Part shown: positions 54,665-64,000 of the stretch, piece by piece
Layout of the letters: each line of letters starts with the position of its first letter
How positions within the stretch are numbered: position 1 is the first letter of the stretch
NCBI GenBank assembly: GCA_002269645.1
Contig: NIVC01001864.1
Location: 80,318 to 144,317 of the forward strand
Source of the DNA: Macrostomum lignano
Lineage: Eukaryota
Direction: 5' to 3'
DNA: 64,000 nucleotides
The notes under the pieces: generated by a model
The model's database searches: none
The model's input: only the letters and a program-made list of their open reading frames with translations
Told to the model about the DNA's origin: nothing
Position numbers and translations under genes: made by a program

Positions 54665-55040
54665 GGATTTGAATTTGAGATTTGGGATTTGGTACTGGGG
54701 GTATGAGATTTTGGATTTGGGATTTGGGATATGGGATTTGGGATATGGGATTTGGGATATGGGATTTGGGATATGGGATTTGGGATATGGGATTTGGGAT
54801 ATAAGATTTGGGATTTGGGATTTGGGATATGGGATTTGGGATATAAGATTTGGGATATGGGATTTGGGATATAAGATTTGGGATATGGGATTTGGGATAT
54901 AAGATTTGGGATATGGGATTTGGGATATAAGATTTGGGATATGGGATTTGGGATATGAGATTTGGGATATGGGATTTGGGATTTGGGATTTGGGATTTGA
55001 GATATGGGATTTGGGATTTGGGATTTGGGATTTGGGATTA
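54665..55040. repeat. 7-bp G-rich repeat (GGGATTT/GGGATAT)
   Basis: Direct inspection. Confidence 0.93.
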
Positions 55041-55881
55041 GGCCCGGCTGGTTGCTGGTAGGCAAACAGCTTCTCTGCACAAAAAAGCCGTGTGAAAGGA
55101 ACTCAGCATAGAAAAGTTTAGCTTTTTAAGATCTCGGCAGAATGAGTCTCTAACTCTGTACTCAGATTCTCAGACCTCCCTGCCTTTCTCAATTTACGGA
55201 ATTGTCCTGTCCTGTTCAAGACATAAAGTGGCAAAGCAGACAAGCGAGCAGAAGGCGGCTTAATGGGTTTTAGGACTATAAAAATAATGGTTGGGAGACA
55301 AGGAGGGAGAATGAGAGAGAGAGAGAGAGAGAGAGAGGAGGGGATCAGCCCGGCTCTCTCCTCAGCTTAGAACTCATAATCCATCCATCCCTCCATCCCC
55401 TCAAGCCGGCCGGGGTTGGGATGGGGGTTGCGGGAGGGCGGGCGAGACCAGAGAGGGCTAAAGAAGGAATGCCCGCTGCCGAAGGAGTGGAATCGGGTGA
55501 TGTTTGTTGACTTTTTTCTTTCGGCTGGACGTCTCAACTGGAGAGATGAACCCGGACTAGGCTTGAGCTAGGGTTTAAGATTGGGGGTTGGTGCGCAAGT
55601 CACGGATCCGGGAGACAGACATTGGGACGCGCTAAGCAAACACAAAGCTTAATAATCTCGAATGCAGGTTCAGGACAGCCTCAGTTTACTGTATCTACCG
55701 AAATTTTACCTGACGCAAATGGGAAAGGTGCTTCCATTAATCAAATTCAATCCGCTTGGATTCAATGGGATTTCAATAAGTAAAAAATCACAATGCAAAA
55801 TATGAAAAGTTTTTTATAAAGAGATATTGTTGCTCACCAATGGAACGGTTGAGTTCTTTTAATCTCTTCTTTACGGGTGGC

Positions 55882-56100
55882 ACTCTTAATCTCTCATTGT
55901 GCGTCACTCTTAATCTGTCATTGTGCGTCACTCTTAATCTGTCATTGTGCGTCACTCTTAATCTGTCATTGTGCGTCACTCTTAATCTGTCATTGTGCGT
56001 CACTCTTAATCTGTCATTGTGCGTCACTCTTAATCTGTCATTGTGCGTCACTCTTAATCTGTCATTGTGCGTCACTCTTAATCTCTCATTGTGCGTCACT
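55882..56100. repeat. 24-bp near-perfect minisatellite (CTCTTAATCTGTCATTGTGCGTCA)
   Basis: Direct inspection. Confidence 0.93.
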
Positions 56101-56411
56101 GTTAGTTGCATGACTTCTATTTTTTTAAATTGATCATTGAGCAGTCTATTTATTTTTGATGAAGCACGGATTCTGTAACCCGGATAATCCAAGCTCTCTA
56201 GTTAATTAGGAAAATGTCAATGCAATTTCTGAAGATTTGTTACACAGCAAAGTTTAGAAACAGGGGATTCGTCACGCGGAGACTGATTACGTTTATTTTT
56301 TGTCGGTTTTTTACGTCAGTAACAACACAGATAAAAATAGATATTTGTGGGTCAGTATGGTAACGTCTACTAAGTACACCTGTAAAGGAATCCTGCGAGT
56401 ACCTTGTACAT

Positions 56412-56674
56412 CAGGGGTTGGCAAACGTTTCTACTTTAAGGGCCAAATAAAAAACCTAGCACGTGACTGCAGGTCGGAGGGAAGAGAGAGAAGAGAAGAA
56501 AGAGAAAAGAGAGGCGAGGGAATAAAGTAGAAAAGAGAAGAGAGAGAGAAGAAGTATGAGATTCGAGAGAAGATAAGAGAGAGGAGAGAAGAGGCGAAGC
56601 TTGATGATGGACCGGGTTGCTATTGTAAAGTTTTAGAGTGGCTTCGTGGGTCGCATGTCGTTTGCCGACGCCTG
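56412..56674. mobile_element. 263-bp hAT MITE
   Basis: TIRs CAGGGGTTGGCAAACG and (reverse complement) CAGGCGTCGGCAAACG, 14/16 identical; perfect 8-bp TSD TTGTACAT at 56404-56411 and 56675-56682. Confidence 0.9.
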
Positions 56675-57182
56675 TTGTACATGTATTAAGCGGCAAAAAT
56701 GGATCATATTAAGGGATGAAAGAGACAGGGGAGAAGGGAGACGGACGACACAAGAGAAGGTAATTGAGAGACTCACCAGCCCTGGGATTCTAATAAAAGG
56801 GGATTAACAATTCCCCTGTAGTTTATGCATTCCACGAGGGCTATAGATAGCGGTTTGCCAAAAAGCCACAGTTTTGCAAGAGAAGAAAATCGCGCTATTC
56901 TCGGAGGACAGATTCTAGGAGCAGAAATCGGAATTGTACCAGTACAATACGAAGCAAAAAATATGAAAATAATAATTGTGTTTGACAGTGCTAAGGGGGA
57001 TACGAAAGCAACAAAGCAAATGCCGCGGAAGAAAAACGGCAATGTTTTAACGTTTGAACACTGACTCAACGTCACTGACTCAATCAAGCGAGGGACGCAC
57101 AAAGGTGGGCTTGGTTTAAGACGGGCACTCAGTTAATTCACAGACGCAAAACTCTGCTCTGACCGCTCCGGACTTCCCGCAG

Positions 57183-57244
<62 letters not shown>

Positions 57245-57570
57245 GCTCTAGAGAAAAAAGTATTACTTACCATTGATTTATTAGGATTTTCCCCCTAAGT
57301 AAAGCTTCGAGAACTTGGACAGTGTGAGGCTCTGTCAGCCTTGGATACTCGCCGGCAAGAATCAATAGAAGTACAGTTTAACTGATAATGCTTTTTGTGT
57401 GTACCTGGTGCGACTCAGCAGACAGTAAAGTGCATCAATTTTTCGTTTGTTTGAGGTGGATGTATCTGATAATTCTTTTGTTTGTCACGATATTAAAATG
57501 ACGCTCAGGTGAGACTCAGGTGACATTCGACTGGCACTCAGGTTACACTCGGGTGACAATCGGGTGACAC

Positions 57571-59073
57571 TCAGGTTACAGTCAGGTAACACTCAGGTAG
57601 ACCGGCGATTCTGACAGCCCACAGCCAGGGCTTTCCGGCTCGAGTCGCCGGTGTCGGACGATGCGAAATCGTGCTGCGGCTTCGGCTTCTGCTTTGGCCC
57701 GGGGTTCCGGTTGTACAGCAGGTCCATCTCCACCGGGTCGCCGTCCCAGTGCCGGCTGCCGCCGCTGGCCCGACCGCCAATTCCGGCATCTTCGTCTCCG
57801 CCCATGCCGGCGATGGCCGCCCGCCGCCGCCTCCGTCACCGCCGACGCCTCCGCCGCCGACTCTGCCTCCGCCAGCGCCGCCTCCGCCTCCGCCTCCGCC
57901 GCCGATGGCGCCGCCGCCGCGCCGTCGGGCCTGGCAGGCGCAGATGATGAGGGCCAGGGAGCGCCTGAACTTGCCATTGAGCCAGGCGTAGATGATCGGA
58001 TTGTACCAGATGTTGCTCATGGCCACCCAGTAGCAGATCGCGTGAGCCAGGATTTCCGTGTGACCCTGGCTGACCGGCCGCCAGTTGCTAGAAATGACAT
58101 ACAGGTGGATCGGCGACCAGGAGATGAAGAATAGCAGCATGACAACCACCAGCATCACGATGGTCTTCTTGCGTGTCACGATGCGCATGCCGTGTGCGGC
58201 GCCGTTATTAGCCGCCGCCTCGCCGTTCTGGTTGCCGGCGCCGCCCAGGACGGACTTGGCAATCCACAGGGTGTGGATGATGCGGGCGTAGATGAGCACA
58301 ATGAAAGCCAGGGGCAGCACGTATTGAGTGAGGAAGCTGATGCAGCTCAGGCTCAGCCGGATGATGGACTTGTCGAGCGGCATGAAGGCGCAGACTGTGG
58401 TGTCCTGCGTCTTGTAGACTCGCTGCACTTGATTAGTTGAGCTGTGCGGGAACAGCACCCGGCAGTTGAGCAGGCCCAGCAGCACGGAGGCCACCCAGCA
58501 AGCTGCAATCATCAGCTTGACTGCTCGCTTGGTGAATCGCGGTTTCAACGGCGACACGATGACGCGGTAGCGATCAACGGCAATGCACACCAGGGTGAAG
58601 CTGCTGACGCTGATGCACAGGCTGTTGGCAAAATAGGCCATTGTGCAGATAGCGTTGCCCAGGTTCCAGTTGTCAAAGAAGACAAACAGCTTCAACAAGT
58701 TGATGGGGATGGCCACGCAGGCCAGGATGATCTGCGCCACCGACAGGTTCAGCAGGAAAATGTTTGTCACGGTGCGCAGGCTGCGGCGCCGGTAGAGCAC
58801 GCAGCAGACCAGAGAATTGCCAATAAGCGACGCGATCGCCATGACAACTATCACCACGGCGATGATATCCAGCAACGCGCCTAGTTGCTCTTTTAATAGG
58901 CGTAGAAAATGCTTGCTCTCCTGGTCGAGAACTTTGTCGTACATCTTTGTGGAATTCCCGTACGAAGACTTGTTAATGTGAGTCTTCAGCTTGTCAAGGT
59001 TGTGATGCAACTGGTCCACCTGCATATCCCTTGTCGGGGAATGCGAGACTAAACTGGCCACGAGGTCCAACAT
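57571..59073 (-). CDS. Class A neuropeptide GPCR (NPY/RYamide/luqin/tachykinin-like), intronless
   Basis: Seven hydrophobic helices; GN (TM1), WNLGNAIC, DRY.VIVSPLKPR, SWSP, AMSNIWYNPIIY; ATG at 59073 chosen as the first plausible Met; tail probably frameshifted. Confidence 0.93.
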   Translation of the reverse strand: MLDLVASLVSHSPTRDMQVDQLHHNLDKLKTHINKSSYGNSTKMYDKVLDQESKHFLRLLKEQLGALLDIIAVVIVVMAIASLIGNSLVCCVLYRRRSLRTVTNIFLLNLSVAQIILACVAIPINLLKLFVFFDNWNLGNAICTMAYFANSLCISVSSFTLVCIAVDRYRVIVSPLKPRFTKRAVKLMIAACWVASVLLGLLNCRVLFPHSSTNQVQRVYKTQDTTVCAFMPLDKSIIRLSLSCISFLTQYVLPLAFIVLIYARIIHTLWIAKSVLGGAGNQNGEAAANNGAAHGMRIVTRKKTIVMLVVVMLLFFISWSPIHLYVISSNWRPVSQGHTEILAHAICYWVAMSNIWYNPIIYAWLNGKFRRSLALIICACQARRRGGGAIGGGGGGGGGAGGGRVGGGGVGGDGGGGGRPSPAWAETKMPELAVGPAAAAGTGTATRWRWTCCTTGTPGQSRSRSRSTISHRPTPATRAGKPWLWAVRIAGLPECYLTVT

Positions 59074-59624
59074 TGCCGAGCGGAGATGAATGGGAGACAG
59101 GCTTGGTCTGATCCTCGGTCTGATCCTCGGTCTGATCTGGGCTCCTCTGGGTCCACTTGGTTTCAATGCTTCGCGTCACGCCTGTCCCGTTCAAAAATAT
59201 GCAGGCAATTCCCCCGTTGATTGGATGGCTCGACAAGCGTTCCTCCACAGCTACTCCAATCCGTTCCCATTGGCCGCTGGGAGGAACTGCTGCGTGCAGG
59301 CCAAGAGGCACGGGGGTCTTCAGGGATCCGCTGACAGCTGATACACTTGTCAGAGCCCTCCATTCTAGAGTCTTTCGCTAACCTTTCTACCTCTTGCAGA
59401 CACTTCAACATTTAGTTCCTGGCTGGATTAAATAAGCCTGACCGCTAGCTGGATTCTTTCGCACCGCTCGCGTCTCTCTCAACAGGGCAGGGAAGACAAA
59501 AAAGTGAAGGTGGAGGCTCAATGGCTTGGGATCGGGGGAGGCCCTTGGGACTGGAAGGAGAGTCGCTCAAGTGTTTACCGAGAAGGAGCTTGTGCAAATG
59601 TGAGAATTTTGAACTTTGCTTATG

Positions 59625-60295
59625 TTATGCTGAGCCTGTGAATATGGTGAATTGTGTGATTCGTGAACAGTTTATTGGCTGAGCCTGTGAATATGCTGAA
59701 TTGTGTGATTCGTGAACAGTGTATTGGCTGAGCCTGTGAATATGGGGAATTGTGTGATTCGTGAACAATGTATTGCTGAACCTGTGAATATGGGGAATTG
59801 TGTGATTGGTGAACAGATTAATTGCTGAACCTGTGAATATGGTGAATTGTGTGATTGGTGAAAAGTTTAATTGCTGAACCTGTGAATATGGTGAATTGTG
59901 TGATTGTTGAACAGTGTATTGGCTGAGCCTGTGAATATGGGGAATTGTGTGATTGGTGAACAGTTTAATTGCTGAACCTGTGAATATGCTGAATTGTGTA
60001 ATCAGTCTGTATGTGTAATTGGTGAACTTGTGAATATGGTGAATTGTATAAAATGGTGAACTTGTGAGTATGGTGAATTGTATAAAATGGTGAACTTGTG
60101 AATATGGTGAATTGTATAAAATTGTGAACTTGTGAATATCGTGAATGTATAAAATGGTGAACTTGTGAATATGGTGAATTGTATAAAATTGTGAACTTGT
60201 GAATATCGTGAATGTATAAAATGGTGAACTTGTGAATATCGTGAATTTATAAAATGGTGAACTTGTGAATATGGTGAACTTATGGTGAACTCGTG
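59625..60295. repeat. Two related blocks built on GTGAATATGGTGAATTGT, upstream of the GPCR
   Basis: Direct inspection. Confidence 0.85.
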
Positions 60296-61429
60296 AAACA
60301 GTATAATAAGGATGTTGGATTTTTTTACTTTGATGATCTGAAATATGGGGGTTTCAAATAGTCTATCTAACGCATCCAGACGCCAAAAAATAAAGAAATT
60401 AAAAAGTTTTTATTTCAAGCCTCATATTTCCGACTCACTTCCCCCTCAACGGCCCCCTCACTTCCGGTTTCCTGGGAATCAAATGGTCTCCCTAATCCCA
60501 GTTATTGCTGGGTGAAGACTCGAACCAGTTCAAAAAACGATCTTCAGACGGGCTGGGGGAACTTTAATCTGGTGTATTTTTAATTCAGCGTTGGTGTACT
60601 CAGCCTCTGAAAGGCGTAAAAGTGCATCTCGGCTGGCGCAAAGGAAATGCAGACATGAATCGATGCATTCAATGCGAAATCTTTTGCGGAAATCTTCTGC
60701 TGGGAGCACTGCTTCTCTGTCCCTCTCTGTTTTAAGACAGCAGGGATGCCCATGTGCTTGGGGAAAATTCCGGTGGGAAAAAATGACCCAATGCCCAGCC
60801 CTCCCAGTCAGAGGCCTGGTGGAGGATTTTGGAACAACTTTCCTTTGCCTATGGGCTACAAACTTTGGGATCTTTGCTCCCACAGCAGAGAGACAGAGAT
60901 TTGTGTTGCCAAATATTTCACACGCTGTTACTGCATGATTCTTGTGAGAAATATCTCATAGAAATGGAAAGTGTTGCACACGAGCTAGAATCCGCATTTT
61001 CTCCCATTGTCCATTCTTGGGCTGCTTTGGAGAATGTCACTCTAGGGAGCTGTTCCACAGTGGCGAATGCTGGTCAGCCTGTGTGGCGCATCTGATACAG
61101 AAGCCAAATTATTAATTTGCAACTGCATGTCAAGCCAGAACGCACTGATGGCGCTTCCCCCTCTTAACGGGTATGGCTATCCTAATGTCCTCCCCTCCAG
61201 GGTTAGAGAGCGACCAGCCAATGTGATTCTCAAGGTCAGCTAATTAGAAGTCCTTGTAGATTCGTTCCAATCCATGCTCTGAATCACAATTGCACTCAAT
61301 AATAGTGGTACCCAAGTTTTAGTAGGAACAGCTTGATGAGAATCGGTTGAGCCATTAATTTTCTAAATGAAACACATACCCTCATTTTAGTATACTGGAT
61401 TTCACTAACAGATTTGACTCAAATGGCAC

Positions 61430-62280
61430 CCCTGACTGACACTGACACTCAAAGTAAGTGGCGTGGCGCTCCTGACTGACACTGACACTCAAAAGTAAGT
61501 GCGCTCCTGACTGACACTGACAATCAAAGTGGCGCTCCTGACTGACACTGACAATCAAAGTAAGTGGCGCTCCTGACTGACACTGACAATCAAAGTGGCG
61601 CTCCTGACTGACACTGACAATCAAAGTAAGTGGCGCTCCTGACTGACACTGACAATCAAAGTAAGTGGCGCTCCTGACTGACACTGACAATCAAAGTGGC
61701 TCTCCTGACTGACACTGACAATCAAAGTAAGTGGCGCTCCTGACGGACTGACAATCAAAGTAAGTGGCGCTCCTGACTGACACTGACAATCAAAGTGGCG
61801 CTCCTGACTGACACTGACAATCAAAGTAAGTGGCGCTCCTGACTGACACTGACAATCAAAGTGGCTCTCCTGACTGACACTGACAATCAAAGTAAGTGGC
61901 GCTCCTGACGGACTGACAATCAAAGTAAGTGGCGCTCTGACTGACACTGACAATCAAAGTAAGTGGCGCTCCTGACTGACACTGACAATCAAAGTGGCTC
62001 TCCTGACTGACACTGACAATCAAAGTAAGTGGCGCTCCTGACGGACTGACAATCAAAGTAAGTGGCGCTCCTGACTGACACTGACAATCAAAGTGGCTCT
62101 CCTGACTGACACTGACACTCAAAGTAAGTGGCGCTCCTGACGGACTGACACTCAAAGTAAGTGGCGCTCCTGACGGACTGACACTCAAAGTGGCTCTCCT
62201 GACTGACACTGGCAATCAAAGTGGCTCTCCTGACTGACACTGACACTTAAAGTGGCGCTCCTGACGGCTGACACTGCTGT
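61430..62280. repeat. 31-35-bp minisatellite (CTCCTGACTGACACTGACAATCAAAGTAAGTGGCG)
   Basis: Direct inspection. Confidence 0.93.
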
Positions 62281-62554
62281 TCTTAGTAACTGACACAAGT
62301 TCGTAACTAAGAAATTTTGCTGAATACTGATAAAGAACTACTGGTACCTTTGATAATTCGTTCGTTTTTTGATATTTGGACAATCATCACGCACGAATTC
62401 ACAACCTGGCCTGGTGAATGGCAAAGGTGCCTCGATAGAATCGCCCCCGAGGGTTTTGAGTCAGTGAGAAATTCCCAATAGAAGGGCATTCATTCCAAGA
62501 AAATATCAGCGCTCATTATTTATTTCACTTGCAACTCCTACTTGTACAGCTGAC

Positions 62555-63511
62555 TGTGAAGAAGCCGGGCACTACATGGAAGGAGGAGCATCGTGGAATC
62601 TCGCTCATGTCCTGTACCGCGAAACTGTTCAACCGGGTGCTATTAGCACGGTTACAGCCCGTGCTGGACTCGTTCCTGCGGTACGAGCAGAACGGGTTCC
62701 GCCCCCGTCGCGGTACGGTGACGCAGATCCTGGCCCTCCGCCGCATATCGAGGAGGCGTGCATCCACCAGTCAAGCCAAGTCTCGTCAACGCCAGGAAAA
62801 CCGAGGTGCTGACGCTGCCGCATGATCTACCGCCGAGATTCGACTTCGAGACGGCGACGGCCCCGGGACGGCGCTCCCGAAGTGCCTTCAGTTCGTCTAC
62901 CTCGGCGGACTGGTACCTGACGTCAGCGACGACCTAGCGAGACGGCGCGGCAAGGCCTGGGGCTGCCTTCCGATCTGTGGCGGGCGTGCTGCTCTCGCGA
63001 GGCCCTGTCCGACGGCGCCAGGTCCAGCTGTTCCAGGCGGTTGTTGAGACCGCCCTGCTGTACAATGCTGAGACCTGGACGCTGACCGGGCGCTTGAGGT
63101 GCAGCTCGACGCGGCGCATGCGGCCCTAGTCCGCGCCGCTTTCCGGCGCCCGCCGCGGCCCTGGCAGCGATGACAACCGAGTCCCTGTACAAGCGCACAG
63201 GCCTGACGCGGCCTTCTGCCCTGCTGAGTCAGCGGCGACTGCGGCTGGCCGGACATGTCATCCGGGCCGAAGCTTACTGCCCAGAGCCGCTGCAGGACGT
63301 CCTGCTGTGGACCCCGTAGGGACCGTGCAGGCGTGGCCAGGGACGATCAGCCCGCTACGTCGACCGCCTTTTTGAAGATGCGCGAGCACCCAGCCAGGCG
63401 GCCGGTGTGAAACACGTTAGAGACCTAGCTCTAAAACCCGCGATTTGACGCTCCCCCCTCTTGGCCACTCCCGCGGCTGGCGTGGGGCGCAACTATTATT
63501 ATTATTACTAT
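62555..63511 (+). mobile_element. 5'-truncated, internally deleted RTE-like non-LTR retrotransposon
   Basis: HRGISLMSCTAKLFNRVL...EQNGFRPRRGTVTQILALRRI, LVNARKTEV, FVYLG, LLYNAETWTLT, RRLRLAGHV; (ATT)n tail; TSD TACAGCTGAC at 62545-62554 and 63512-63521. Confidence 0.9.
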
Positions 63512-63574
63512 TACAGCTGACAGACTCGCTCGAACATCAAGTTAATGCGGCACACGAGCGCTATTGACGCTGAG

Positions 63575-63800
63575 CGAGTCACCAACACCCAGTCTCTGCC
63601 ATAGACATTCCGCTCAACTAGAACACCCAGTCTCTGCCATAGACATTCCAGAGCAACCAGTCTCTCCCATAGACATTCAAGAGCACCTAGTTCTACCAAT
63701 AGACATTCGCTTAACTAAAAACATCCAGTCTCTACCATAGACATTCCAGAGCACCCAGTCTCTTTACTCTAAACTAGACAACCCGTCTCTGCCATAGAAA
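63575..63800. repeat. Degenerate ~30-bp repeat (CACCCAGTCTCTGCCATAGACATTC)
   Basis: Direct inspection. Confidence 0.8.
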
Positions 63801-64000
63801 TTCGCGCTCAACCTTTGCTCGTTACGACAATTTTTTTAAATAAAATCACTAATTCAATATTGGAATTTGAATTATCTAGGATGATTCCGTTTTTTGGGAA
63901 TCTGTGAATGTCACAAGTCTCTGTAGAGTTCAAAACCTACTGCCCAGAAAAAGTAATTAAGTCAAGTTGCCTACAAAAGCGATCTCAAGCATATTAACTT

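Noticed and set aside
60530-61095. Minus-strand ORF segment EDFRKRFRIECIDSCLHFL, faintly like an hAT transposase C-terminal region
   Set aside because: Too short and weak; no catalytic or dimerisation motifs and no TIRs found

Overview
Eukaryotic, intron-rich animal DNA with no prokaryotic features. GC-rich low-complexity exons, (GACA)n/(GATT)n tracts, minisatellite-filled introns and an RTE-like LINE suggest a free-living flatworm such as Macrostomum; this assignment is inference. Most long ORFs in the supplied track are tandem-repeat artefacts. By checking splice sites and phases by hand I reconstructed six loci: (1) the 3' end of an ADIPOR/PAQR gene (+, 1-3284); (2) a 7-exon, 805-aa type-I membrane protein with signal peptide, an unrecognised ~330-aa N-terminal region, three EGF modules, TSP1, TM and a charged coiled tail (-, 3835-13859); (3) a complete Son of sevenless gene (+, 18965-37860, 1550 aa) with a divergent catalytic hairpin and two candidate small exons; (4) part of a tandem-C2 gene with a frameshifted last exon (-, 40099-40894); (5) a 2-exon PTB-domain adaptor (+, 47964-49640); (6) an intronless neuropeptide-type GPCR with D2.50Q and a probable tail frameshift (-, 57571-59073). 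Mobile DNA comprises three TIR-bounded MITEs (two with perfect 8-bp TSDs), degraded relatives, and a 5'-truncated RTE-like LINE with a 10-bp TSD that lacks its catalytic core. More than 30 distinct tandem arrays are present, many starting just after splice donors.
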